32,000 nt of DNA from Mycobacterium leprae TN (GTDB lineage: Bacteria > Actinomycetota > Actinomycetes > Mycobacteriales > Mycobacteriaceae): assembly GCF_000195855.1 (NCBI RefSeq), contig NC_002677.1:2160001-2192000 (forward strand), written 5' to 3'. Of the stretch, positions 1-10,945 are shown in pieces. Position 1 is the first letter of the stretch. Each line of letters begins with the position of its first letter. The notes below the pieces were generated by a model. That model saw nothing but the letters and a program-made list of their open reading frames with translations. It searched no databases and was not told the origin of the DNA. The position numbers and the translations under genes were made by a program.

Positions 1-241
1 TAGTCGACGACATGCCCTGTGGTCATGTCACCCAACCACTCCCGGACGTAGCGCTCGTTGAGCCCGGCGACGTACGCGATCTGGGTGCTGGTGACGAGCG
101 AAAGCCCGACCATCGTTTCCAGCAAAGCGGTTTTAATGTCCGACGCTCATGAACAGTGCCAGTCTGGCGTTGTTCATGAGCGTCGGACATCCTCTCGATG
201 AATGCTTCGGTGGTTGCGAAGCCGGTCTCGGGCGCCGTCAT
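1..241 (-). pseudogene. N-terminal remnant of an Rv2258c-like SAM-dependent methyltransferase/regulator family protein (extends off window)
   Basis: Minus-strand reading gives [18 protein letters not shown].., then in shifted frames [14 protein letters not shown].., then [41 protein letters not shown]. The winged-helix-like [12 protein letters not shown] motif is typical of this family. At least two frame changes are needed. Confidence 0.6.
136..190. repeat. 55-bp near-perfect palindrome (27-bp arms, 1-nt centre)
   Basis: atgtccgacgctcatgaacagtgccag-t-ctggcgttgttcatgagcgtcggacat. 25 of 27 pairs are Watson-Crick; the other two (156/170 and 157/169) are G/T, which would be G.U in plus-strand RNA. 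Confidence 0.95.
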
Positions 242-274
242 ACTAAGCAACGCTACAACCGTAGGTTGGACACC

Positions 275-1360
275 ATGAGTCAAACAGTACGCGGAGTAAT
301 CTCGCGCAAGAAGGACGAACCCGTGGAACTGGTGGACATCGTCATCCCAGATCCCGGGCCGGGGGAGGCCGTGGTCGACGTCACCGCGTGCGGAGTGTGC
401 CACACTGACCTGACCTACCGCGAAGGCGGCATCAATGACAGGTATCCGTTCCTGCTCGGCCACGAAGCAGCCGGCACGGTCGAGGTCGTCGGGCCGGGCG
501 TGACCGCGGTCGAACCGGGCGACTTCGTAATCCTGAACTGGCGAGCCGTGTGCGGGCAGTGCCGGGCCTGCAAACGCGGCAGGCCAAGCTACTGTTTCGA
601 CACATTCAACGCCCAACAGAAAATGACACTGATCGACGGCACCGAACTTACCCCGGCGCTGGGCATCGGAGCCTTCGCCGACAAGACGCTAGTGCACTCT
701 GGTCAATGCACCAAAGTCGATCCCGCTGCCGATCCAGCGGTCGCCGGCCTGCTGGGCTGCGGGGTGATGGCCGGGTTAGGCGCCGCAATCAATACCGCCG
801 CAGTGAGCCGCGACGACACCGTCGCGGTGATCGGCTGTGGCGGTGTGGGTGATGCCGCAATCTCCGGGGCCGCGCTGGTCGGTGCCAACCGGATCATCGC
901 GGTCGACATCGATGACACGAAACTGGAGTGGGCACGCACGTTCGGTGCCACCCACACCGTTAACGCCCTTGAACTCGAAGTCGTCAAAACCATCCAGGAT
1001 CTCACCAGTGGCTTCGGCGTCGACGTGGTAATCGACACGGTCGGCCGACCCGAAACCTGGAAGCAGGCCTTCTACGCCCGCGATCTCGCCGGAACCGTTG
1101 TACTGGTGGGTGTACCGACACCCGACATGCGCCTGGACATGCCGCTGCTAGACTTCTTCTCTCATGGCGGCTCGCTTAAGTCATCGTGGTACGGTGATTG
1201 CCTACCTGAACGCGATTTCCCCACCCTTGTTGACCTCTATCTGCAGGGACGCCTTCCATTGGGCAAGTTCGTCTCCGAGCGCATTGGGCTGGGCGACGTC
1301 GAAGAAGCATTCCACAAGATACACGGTGGTAAAGTGCTGCGCTCGGTGGTTATGCTGTGA
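275..1360 (+). CDS. mscR: Zinc-dependent alcohol dehydrogenase family protein, S-nitrosomycothiol reductase/mycothiol-dependent formaldehyde dehydrogenase-like (MscR, Rv2259-like)
   Basis: ORF 149-1360 contains [13 protein letters not shown].. from the ATG at 275, the likely start. Has the GHEAAG zinc/catalytic region, the [15 protein letters not shown] structural zinc cluster and the [13 protein letters not shown] Rossmann motif. Full length. Confidence 0.9.
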   Translation: MSQTVRGVISRKKDEPVELVDIVIPDPGPGEAVVDVTACGVCHTDLTYREGGINDRYPFLLGHEAAGTVEVVGPGVTAVEPGDFVILNWRAVCGQCRACKRGRPSYCFDTFNAQQKMTLIDGTELTPALGIGAFADKTLVHSGQCTKVDPAADPAVAGLLGCGVMAGLGAAINTAAVSRDDTVAVIGCGGVGDAAISGAALVGANRIIAVDIDDTKLEWARTFGATHTVNALELEVVKTIQDLTSGFGVDVVIDTVGRPETWKQAFYARDLAGTVVLVGVPTPDMRLDMPLLDFFSHGGSLKSSWYGDCLPERDFPTLVDLYLQGRLPLGKFVSERIGLGDVEEAFHKIHGGKVLRSVVML

Positions 1361-1368
1361 TTGAATGG

Positions 1369-1745
1369 GTAGTCCCCCAAAGAACCTTCGAACTCGACAG
1401 TAGCAGTTAGGAAATCGATAACAACATCTGGATAGTCGGTGACGACACCGAGGTCGTGATTTTCAATGCCACCCCCCATTAAGCAGCACCGATCGTAGCG
1501 ACAATCGATGGCCGCACAACGTAGTGGCAGTGGTGTGCACCCACGGCCACAACGATCACATCACAGCGGCTCCCGAGCTTGGACTCGATGTTGAAGTGTT
1601 TTATAGGACACCTGCATCTTTCGGGCCGGTCGGGATAGGTTTTGGGCCAACACCCCCACAATTTGTTCGGGACTGTACTTCTTGGCCAGCACACATGTCT
1701 ATCTCCGTACGCAGCTGCCCACAACGCTCACCTTGCCGGCCTTTA
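1369..1745 (+). pseudogene. Degenerate metallo-beta-lactamase-fold hydrolase (Rv2260-like)
   Basis: Fragment IDNNIWIVGDDTEVVIFNA near 1414, then in another frame VVCTHGHNDHITAAPELG (HxHxDH motif). Interrupted by stops and frameshifts; lies directly downstream of mscR as in M. tuberculosis. Confidence 0.75.
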
Positions 1746-3059
1746 AAGCCACTGGGCCCACTGCTCACTGCATAGCTAAGCAATACAAGCTCAGTAACCC
1801 GATTGAGCGTCTTAGCCAGCATAGTTGGTGTCGAATCAGTGCAACCCCCAAAGCAACCCGCAAACACGCGGGCCCCACCCTTGCTGGTGATCTCACGCAC
1901 GATCCCCACCCCCACCCAACCCAAACGAACGGTTAACGATCGATCACATCAACTCACAACACTGCAACACACCGCCACCCTTTACTCCACCCCCACAACA
2001 GAACATGCACACAAAGTACAATTCAACAATCTTGCAGCAAGTGAAGCTAAAATCAGGTCGCATCAGTATCGAATGGCGTCTGGTGATGGTCGCGGTCCTG
2101 TTGTTTAGCCGCAGCCGACTAACTTTTTGAGTCACTCAAGGCGTACACCCTAGTCAGGGAGTTCCTAGGCTACGGCCGGTGTAGTCATCAAGGATTGAGA
2201 CACCAGCGCCGAAACAGCCTTCTGCCGGGTGCGGGCCACCCAGGTCACTGACAAAGCTAAATCGATCAAGCTGACCACAACAAACACCTACACCAGAAAG
2301 CCGTACGAACTTTAATAGCCGAAGGCAAGTCGCGGGTTCATGAATCTGCGACCTGACCGTCGGTGGTGACGTTGTAGTTACCATCAGCGAAACCGGCGAC
2401 CAACACCAACAACATAGCGATGGCGGCAGTGAGCGAAATCCGGGCGAGCCGCCTGCTCTTCATCCACGCAGTATGTCTATCACGACAGAAACGGCGCCAA
2501 CGAAACAGCGCAAAGCCCAGGATCCGGCGAACACCGGCACCAGAACCCAATCTCCTAGCCGTTGTATACAGGAGGCATTCGACGCCAACGAAACACAACC
2601 ACACCCTGGTAGCCCGACGGGCACCACACCAGACAGCGACCCCAGACGTCGAAGGCCAAGTTATCGCCCGACAATCTGACATGCACCGCCGAACGTCCTA
2701 CCTCGGCGGCGTACAGCGCGGGCAAAACAGCCAGCTGCTGCACCCAAGTCCTCTGAATCGTTGAAGTGAAACTCTGATTGACTAACAACTCAGCGCCAAA
2801 CTGCGCCTCATGATGAGCAAGGTCAAAAAAATTGTCTCGTAGCTGATCAACGGCCCGATCACGAACGTAGTCGGCGAGGTAATTCATAGCACAACCAGAC
2901 GCAACGGCACCAGGCCGAACTAGGTTCAGCCACTATCACACTGGCACGGGAAAAGCGAAGACAGGTACTACACCGACGGCCAGCCGAGGATTTGCCCTCG
3001 ACAGGCTGTCGAGCATGTGCCCATTTCACCAGAACGCTGCCCGGATTCCCTGGAGGCCA

Positions 3060-3475
3060 GGTGAAGAGGACGCTAAGAGCCATCAGCAAGAGACGGCACC
3101 AAGATGGCGACCGGCGATCAGGTTCCACTGTGGTACAATTCTGCCAACTACGACGAGTCAAAGTTTGTTAATCCATCGACTTTGGACGTCGAACGCAATC
3201 CCAATCCGCATGTCGGTTTATGTGGCCGAAGTACCCAATTCTGTCTGGGCGCTAACATAACTCGGAGCGAGATCAGAGTCGTGTTCGACGAAATTAACCG
3301 ATATAGTCGCGACAGGAACACCCTCACGCCTTTTGTCGCAATTCATCCACGGCATCAAAAGTCTGAGGGTCGCCTGGACTCCCCCCTTAGCATGATATCA
3401 GCGTTGGCACTTACTCCAGTTTTCCACGGAAACATGCTTATTGGCAACGTAATCGGTTCTGTCGAGGAGACCTGA
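3060..3475 (+). pseudogene. C-terminal fragment of a cytochrome P450 (CYP124-like)
   Basis: ORF 3104-3475: WYNSANYDESKFVNPSTLDVERNPNPHVGLCGRSTQFCLGANITRSEIRVVFDE contains a degenerate haem-binding region ending in FCLGAN. The N-terminal two thirds is not readable. Confidence 0.8.
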
Positions 3476-4122
3476 CGGTGTGCTCTGCGTTGTCCGATAG
3501 CTGGTAGGTCGGCAGCTAGCAGGAAACGAATTCTTAGCGTTGAAGCTAACTTCCGCCTCTTCTCATTCTCAACGTATAGCGTACCCAGGACTTGCGGTAA
3601 GCCCTGGGGCATACTGGCCAAGACCAGAAGCTGCGCAAATGGAGTCGTGAAAGATGGTAAGTAATGCATGCCTAGGTGATCGTCGTGGGCTCCAAGCTCA
3701 CCTGTCTGATACTGGCCGTTAAACTGAGCCTGGCCGGCGTGCGACAGCTGATGCTGGAACGCCCATCCCAATTCCGGCCCACTCTGTGGTCCGGCGGCAC
3801 TGTCGGACAGGTCGTGCAACTGCTGTAATATCGAGGGCTGCTGAAACGGTTCAGCACGGTCAGTACCGAACCGGCTGTACGACTCTTTTCGGCAAGGTAG
3901 ATCTAAACCTCATGATGCACCGTCATCGGCCTGCTTCAAGCCGCAAACGGCCAACCCCCCTACTGGACTCAGTGCATAGCTGAAGCAAGGACTTATCTGG
4001 TGCCAGCCCGTGACCGGCTAAATACAACGTGGCCGACCATGTCATTGAGTAGACTTTGTCGACGACAAACAACCCAGTCCCCGATGAGCCCTGCAAAGTA
4101 CCTCTTGGCCGATAACACCACC

Positions 4123-4503
4123 ATGCCAACCGGTGAACAACACACCAACGACGAAGCAGAGATCGAACCCGACTATCGGTTCACCCTGGCTAACGAGCGG
4201 ACTTTCTTGTCCTGGCAACGCACTTCGCCAGGGCTGCTGGCTGCTGCAGTAGCCCTGGCTCAGCTCGTTCCGGAGCTGACCTGTTCCCGGCGCGTGCCGT
4301 TTGCTTAGCATGAGGGTTACAGTTCCTGACCACCCTCCACCAGCGGAATGAGACTGCTGCGCTGGCGGCAACCTGAGCATTCCATGCACCGCGGCCTGTG
4401 TAATTGCCCCGTCACCTCACCCCCGGCTACCTAGCGCTAAGCCCTCAAACTGGTCTGGATAATCGCGCTAGTTCTGGTAATCGCCAAGGCTGTCATGAAT
4501 TGA
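4123..4503 (+). pseudogene. DUF202 family membrane protein remnant (Rv2272-like)
   Basis: [38 protein letters not shown] in one frame, then SGMRLLRWRQPEHSM and TPGYLALSPQTG in other frames. Ends at the tga at 4501. Confidence 0.75.
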
Positions 4504-4915
4504 GCCAGACGACGTCAGTCGGTCAGCCAGATCCCGGACTACAGTCGGAGCGAACCGCCCGGACCTCTTTTGCGTTGCTGGGCAACGGCGCGATGATGAT
4601 AGGCAAGAACCTGCACGGCACTGACGAACTCACCAAACAATTCCCGCCGGGTTGGCGATCGTCGCAACATCATGCTGCCACGTGATTGCTACATAACGCC
4701 AATGAACATTGGGACAACGCCCAATCCCGCGTACATCACTCCGCTCTGTCACGTGCACGTCGTCGGTATATCGGTTGCTGGCACTCATGGCCGTGAACAC
4801 GCTTGCCGTATTGCACTAACGCCCGTCGACATCAACGCTGGGAACGATGTTGCGCAGTTCGTCAGACAGCCTCCGGATTTCGTACCGAAACTCACCGATG
4901 TGAGTATACATTAAC
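4500..4915 (+). pseudogene. Second, adjacent DUF202 family remnant (Rv2273-like)
   Basis: SQTTSVGQPDPGLQSERTARTSFALLGNGAMMIGKNLHGTDELTKQFPPG followed by a frame change. The AxxRTxxA core is truncated. Confidence 0.65.
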
Positions 4916-5619
4916 AATCCGTTATTCCTATAATAGGATTAATTTGTTTCCGATACACATTGGATTATCCACGAAGTCAGCAACATCACCGTGGCAAAAA
5001 CCCACTCCGGCACGGTCAGCTGTCCCAACGTCGACCGCATGAACAAAGCGACGAAATAATCGTCACCGAACAGCGCAGCACCATACTCAGCCAGCAGCCG
5101 ATAAATACTGACCTCGGGTAGCTTATCACCCAACAACAACACGTCATCAAATGATCCCTCATCGATTTTTATATCCTAAATCCACCCAACGATCCTGAAG
5201 GAATAGCCGAGTCGAAAACACTCAGGCAAAAAGAAAATCGCGTAACTAAATCAGCAGCGTCCTCGTGAATACCACTACCTCATGGGTTGTACCCCCAGTT
5301 GGGTCAAGCACCGTGACGCTAATAATGAGTAACCAAACTCGAAAACACATTCGAAACAATGGATTTAAGTACCAAGGATACGAACGGTGTTCGGGGACAC
5401 CACTTGGCGGTAACAGACACCCGACGTTTCTAGTGATCCAGCTGCACCTCACTCGAGCCGTTTTGACCAGCCACACTTTCGGCACGATCGCCTGGCGGGC
5501 TATACAAGCTTTTACGGAACCCGATAACACACGCGCTATCAGATCCCGATGTTCACCGCATAAGACGGAGCTGAATCTTCTTCTGGCACAGAATCTTCTG
5601 TTGAACACGCAAAGTTGTC

Positions 5620-5997
5620 CTAGTCGATCGAGTCGATATGTTTACGAAAGCGTGCAGCCGGGTAGGCTAATGCACCCACCTCCTGAACCCGATCGGTCAA
5701 CGCGCTATCCGATGTCACGACACAAATTCCTTGAGGTTCAGGATCGGCTTGCACCAGCCGGACGATCTCGTCGTCGGCTGAGTCAGGGAATGCCTTGGGT
5801 GCGTGTGCTATCACGATCACCGATGAACGAATGGAGGGCGACGGCGGCCGCTCAAACACCACTGTCACGTGGTTCCTTTCGGTTGACGCCCAGCGCTCGA
5901 GCTTACCTACCAGACGAACCATTGCGCCACGGCGGTCCTTCCACCAACAATCCGGGCGAGTCCCGATCACGTTCATCGCATCGACTATCCAGCGCAC
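5620..5997 (-). CDS. Small conserved NYN/YacP-type PIN-like (putative RNA-processing) protein
   Basis: VRWIVDAMNVIGTRPDCWWKDRRGAMVRLVGKLERW..VTVVFERPPS..ADDEIVRLVQ..ICVVTSDSALTDRVQEVGA. Shows the spaced acidic residues typical of NYN domains (WIVDAMNV, ADDEI, VTSDSAL). The ORF runs to 6063, but a GTG at 5997 begins the conserved core. Confidence 0.75.
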   Translation of the reverse strand: MRWIVDAMNVIGTRPDCWWKDRRGAMVRLVGKLERWASTERNHVTVVFERPPSPSIRSSVIVIAHAPKAFPDSADDEIVRLVQADPEPQGICVVTSDSALTDRVQEVGALAYPAARFRKHIDSID

Positions 5998-6733
5998 ACG
6001 TCTGACAGTACAGGTTATGGCTTGGTGCGTAACCGTCGGCAACATAATAAAAATTTTTCCCAATTGTCGGCCACCCGCGGCTAAGCCAACACCAGAAATA
6101 TGGCAGCAATGACGATGGAGCTCTCGGCCTCGACCTCGAGTTATTTTCCTAGCTTGCCTACTTGGAACCAGTTGCGAAGGAAAAGGGACAAAGCCATGCA
6201 GCGCGAGCCCGATGGCGATGCTGTTGAAGATCGCCGTGGTGCGCCCACCTTCAGCGCCGTGAATGGCCGCACCTCAGTACCAGGAGCTTCCATCAAGCCA
6301 GAAGTTGATCAGATACATTCGTGATCGGTTGCTGCACGACACTAGCATCGCCAATCTTGGCGTTCGCCGTCCACCGTTACGGAGTGGTGTGATTCGAGCC
6401 CAGCGTCACTTTACTTTCAGTGTGTCGCCAACTGTCAGCGTCATGTCTCGAGAGATGTTGCTCTGGTTAAAAAAGTCGTACATGGGGACGTCGATGGTTT
6501 TGGTTGCCAGCGGGCTCTCAGTGGATCTCAGGTAACCCAACACCACTGTGAACCGAACATGGCGAACATCACCAAAACCCTTGTCTTCCATGAGAATAAA
6601 CCCTCTAATTCAGTTTTGGAGCATAGCCCGTTGCACGGGATGTAAGCGCGCTAAATCACCACCATCTGCTGCTACGATTGCTGGATACCAACACACCGCT
6701 AACCAGACGTATGAAATCGATTAAACTGTACAG

Positions 6734-8339
6734 CAGATGGGCTAGTTTTTGGCTTGTCATTGTCGTCGAGTTGGTCTCCACCGTCATCGTGGGAACGGTC
6801 TTGGAACAGCGCTATCGCGTGAATCCCCCCAATCTTGCGTATTGTCCTGCTGGGTCTGATCCCTGCCGTCTGGTGATGTTCGGATCAACGAGGAGATGGT
6901 GCTTCCACTATTTTTGCCGGTTATACCCCATATTGGGGAAAGCATGAACATGAACTTTTCGCTAGATCCACGCGAACCTAAGCGTCATCATGTTTCTCAG
7001 TGTCGCCCTAGTAATTGCCACCGCAGTAATGATGTCGTGGACAGCACGAGCGCTCGGTATGGCGTCGGACACAATGGCGGTGCTGTACGCTGTGCTCTCC
7101 CCCACCACCGCCTTAGCCGGTCTGGCCAAGCAATTGCCACGCCTTAACCTCACCGTGCTGCGCGCCGCAGAGTACCCTCCCCGAGGGAGCCCACTGGTCG
7201 TGTTCATCGTGACTGTAAAAGTCACGATTGGCGGAGCCGCTATCGGACCCGTTGATTCGGTCGCCCAATTTATTGGCTCCCCTACCTCGGCAGTATCTCC
7301 GCCAAGCTACTGGTCGGCGGATTGGTACCCCTGCTACGTCAACGGAATCGACGCCCCAGTAGCGGAAAAAGCTCCTTGAGCGCGCTGACACCGTTAGCAA
7401 CGTTACTTGATAATCCAATCAATCCACTGCAGCAGTGTGGTCGCGGTCATGGTGTCGGCGCTAGTGCTTGTTCGTCTATTCGGAACCGGTCGTGATCCGG
7501 GCTCGTTCCCAGCCGCAGGCTTATGCATTCTGGAGACATGGCGACATTTCTGATGAACGGCCCGTTGTGGGTGTTTATTGGAATCCATATCTCGGGAACG
7601 CTGCGCAGAATACCCAACGTCGACGGGTGGGTTACACCACACCACGTTTATTGCCCTTGCCATCACCGGCGTCATCATCGTGTCCCAAATTTTCTGAGGA
7701 CCGCTCACCACCGCGCTGATTAGTGTCATCGACCGAAGCGAGGTGCAGCTCACCCGTCGAGTCAACTGGCGTCAGCACATCGTTAACGCCGAGGCAGGAT
7801 TCCACGGTACAGCGTCACTAGCCGCTGCGTTAACCGTCCCGTTGACCACGCTCAGCAGCACACCATTCCCAGACCGCAGCCTGATCATTTATGTCGTGAC
7901 GGCGATCATTCTTATTACCACGCTACTCCAAGGGAGTACGCTACCCGTCGTCATCCGCTGGGCCCGGATGCCCGAAAACGTAGCTCACGCTGAGAAATTG
8001 CCATTGGCCCGCAGTGTTGGCGCTCAAACCGCTCTCGATGTGTTACCGGCGGTTACCAGCGAACGCGGGTTCGGTTCGAAACTACTGAGCTGCCTACAAA
8101 AGTAAGACGAAGAACACGCCGCAGTGGTCAACGCCAACGCCGACGATTCGGCGACAAACGATCTGGTTAAACGAAATGATCTGGTGCGGCGGGTACATCT
8201 TGGCATGATCCAGCACCAACACTGGGTCGTTACTGACCTTCGACACCAGAACCTCATCAACGACATCGTACTACGCGAGTTGCAGGCCGAACTAGATCTA
8301 GCGGAGGCACAACTTTTCGACGCTGCCGATACCGACTAA
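6734..8339 (+). pseudogene. Na+/H+ antiporter (NhaP/YjcE-like, Rv2287-like), degenerate
   Basis: Homologous segments are spread over several frames: LVIVVELVSTVIVGTVLEQRYRVNPP; ALVIATAVMMSWTARALGMASDTMAVLYAVLSPT..AGLAKQLPR; GFHGTASLAAALTVP..PFPDRSLIIYVVTAIILITTLLQGSTLPVVIRWARMPENVAHAEKL; C-terminal NADDSATNDLVKRNDLVRRVHLG..NLINDIVLRELQAELD. Confidence 0.85.
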
Positions 8340-8398
8340 GCGCACCACCCACAGTCAGTCGACACGCGTCGACAGTCCCAAACCGTACAGTCGGCTAC

Positions 8399-9600
8399 AT
8401 GTCACAAACGATAGTGATTCGCGGATGCCGTGCCGCGCGAGGTAGTCCCCCCGTTGGGTCAGCTGTCGATCGTCACCGGCGCCAACGGTGCAGTAAAGTC
8501 GTCTCTGTACCGCACTCTGCGGCTATTAGCAGAGTACGACCGAGGCGAAATGATCGGCTCAGTCGCTCATGAGGGCGGACTGTAACCTGTGCTGTGGGCC
8601 AGGACCGAGGATGTGGGAGCTGCCCGAAGCACTGGGAAAGCGAAGGGCACGGTACATACCAAACCCGTAACACTTGACTACACTTCCGCAGCAAATGATT
8701 TCGTTTATCTAGTAAAACTAGGCATCCCACCATCAGTCGGGCATAACTCGACCTTCGCCCGCGATCCAGAAATCAAATGGGCAGCGGTGTTTACTGGCCC
8801 GATCCGGCGGACCAGCACCATGCTCGTGCGTCGGACCCGAAACTATGCCGAGGTCAGCGCAGACGTAGGCCGCACTTTCAACGAGTTGTGCCGGTCCTTG
8901 CCGTTTAACCGCAATGTGCTCGCAGCAGTATGCCCCTACCCGCAAGCACTTTTCCGAACTGGCAACCGTGCGCGAGCGGCTACCCGTATGGCGGTTCTAA
9001 GAAGACTTCGGCATGAATGCGACAGCACCCGCGCGGCCCCCACAGGGGGATACACGTACCCCGGTGCTTGCCGACGACAACAGTGACTTGGCCGCCGCGA
9101 TTCGACGATCATCAAGTCAGGATTCGATGAGCGGAGACTCGCCGTCGCGGACACATTCGATGCGTGCCACGGTCTCGGTTGTCATCCACGACGGGCTGTT
9201 CGACCTTCAGTTGCAACAGCACGAGATGCTGCGAGCTGCCGAGTTATACGACGGCACATTACGGTTCCTGCTGTGGACCGCCGCACTGTTTAGTGCTCTA
9301 GCGTTATCGCTAATATAACTCAACGAATCAAAAATCTAACTGCAACCAAACTTGGCTCGTCCGCTTGCATCGCTGACCCGGACCGTGGCCACACGGACTC
9401 AGGTTGTGATGGTCACCCACTCCCTTGCACCGCTGGAGTTCTTCGACACCGTAACCGTAGTGGCGGCCTGCCCATTCGGTACCGACGCTGCCGACCGAGC
9501 AGTCGAGATCGGACCGTACAAGGAGTGGGGTGATACCCGTATCAGCGGCCAGGACCTGCTGACAACACTGCGATAGGACTGGAGCAAACGCTGAAGAACA
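8399..9600 (+). pseudogene. AAA/ABC-type P-loop ATPase (RecF/SMC-like, 'AAA_21'-type), degenerate
   Basis: Walker A-like TGANGAVKSSLYRTLRLLAEYDRGEM near 8476, then KAKGTVHTKPVTLDYTSAANDFVYLVKLGIP, STMLVRRTRNYAEVSADVGRTFNELCRSLP, LYDGTLRFLLWTAALFSALALSL (signature/Walker B region) and MARPLASLTRTVATRTQVVMVTHSLAPLEFF. Multiple frame changes and stops. Confidence 0.75.
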
Positions 9601-9661
9601 CAGAATTGTCCTGATAGGCACTTTTACCCACCAACCAACGTTCTGAAGTATGTTGGTTATC

Positions 9662-10010
9662 ATAATGGGTCAGCTGCCCATACTGCGGGAACGCAAGAAA
9701 GCCGACACCAGGCGTGTATTCAACGCTACCGCGTTGGATCCGACGCCGCAACGCGGGCTGGCCAACGTTACGCAAGACGATATCGCCATCCCGGCGGGAG
9801 TATCGAGGAGCAACTGGCGCTACCCATTGATATCATCATAACTAATGCCAAGGATTACCTTCCGCTGACCAACCTCACAGTGTTCCAAAACGTGCTTCTC
9901 GACCCCGCAACGGCGCGCACCACGGTAACAGCAACCACGCCTGAGGTCTTGGCCACTGGTCTGGGAAAATGACCACCTTCACGCCGCACCCTGGACGATC
10001 CCGAGATCAT
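9662..10010 (+). pseudogene. TetR-family regulator remnant
   Basis: LRERKKADTRRVFNATALDPTPQRGLANVTQDDIAIPAGVSRSN resembles a TetR N-terminal helix-turn-helix (GLANVTxxDIAxxAGVS). Downstream sequence is broken. Confidence 0.6.
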
Positions 10011-10479
10011 CGCGTTGGCACAGTGCCTTGCCCACAACAATAGAATCCTGGCACCGTCAAACACCATATATTATGCTGAAACAGGTTAACGTGAAACATT
10101 TTCCAAAAATTGGTTAACACCACTCTGGTATTGGGACCTACACGACAACCTCGCGCCGCCAACCACGTATGGCAGAGATATATAAGAAGCAAAGTCGGTC
10201 GAAGCTGCTACTGAATGATACTGACCGCCGATCACTACCTCCAGTACTTGGCCCAGATCGTTCGTCTGACTAGCAGAAGTGAGGAGATTGGCTTCAAACA
10301 CTCGGGAATCAACCCAACGACGCGGTACTGGTGCATCAAAGCCAGCCATCGGACTAGCCTATGCAAGGCCCCAGGACAAACTGTCCTGTACCGAGTCCCT
10401 ACTCGACGCGTTCAACGCGTAACAACTATGTCAAGGATCGTTGAGTCGATCACTTAGCTCTCATAGGGTCCCGGGTCAA

Positions 10480-10945
10480 CAAATTGGTGACATACAGCCT
10501 GAACCGAGTAGCTTGCTGCAAGCAGCATCAGAACCGCGGTGCCGTGCACGGTGCAAGGTGGTGACTTCGTCGAGGTGCAGGATGAGGTAGTGAATATGCA
10601 TCGGATAGCCGGGTGGGTGGCGGTGCAAAAAAGCTCGGTGAGCCCAGGGCCTTACGATGCCGCCCACGATCACCTGGTAGCCGCCGGTGACGTAGATGGC
10701 AGCAGCACGTACCAGCGCGGTGAGCACCACGATGTTCTGCCGGTGTGCCTTGCAGTACGTACGGCGGTACAGCCACCACAATAGACGAAGCGCCAAAAGA
10801 CGTCCGCGTATAAGTGTAAATGTACGGCAGGCATGTAGTGCTGCACGAAAGTGGTTGCGACAGTGGTCTTGCCCGCTCCTGGCGCCCTGATGGGCACAAT
10901 AAACCTGCCAGGCTCGGCCGAAAGATCGTGTTGTGCCGAGGTCAT
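10480..10945 (-). pseudogene. P-loop kinase-like protein (AAA_33/zeta-type fold) remnant
   Basis: PGRFIVPIRAPGAGKTTVATTFVQHYMP..HLHLYADVFWRFV in one frame, then AHRQNIVVLTALVRAAAIYVTGGYQVIVGGIVRPWAHRAFL..YLILHLDEVTTLHRA in another. Confidence 0.65.

Noticed and set aside
23-616. 197-aa minus-strand ORF
   Set aside because: Most of it is antisense to mscR; only the last third coincides with part of the Rv2258c-like remnant, so it is not a gene as drawn.
2338-2887. Minus-strand ORFs of 114 and 110 aa, one with a hydrophobic stretch (LARISLTAAIAMLLVLVAGFADG)
   Set aside because: Probably parts of a broken secreted or membrane protein gene, but I could not assign a family or boundaries, so not listed as a feature.
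4935-4949. Short palindrome tcctataatagga region
   Set aside because: 13 bp in an AT-rich intergenic/pseudogene stretch; expected by chance and without adjacent gene context.
5265-6005. Long plus-strand ORF (246 aa)
   Set aside because: Antisense to the NYN-like gene over its 3' half; composition is low-complexity Arg/Ser/Pro with no recognisable motif. High-GC shadow ORF.
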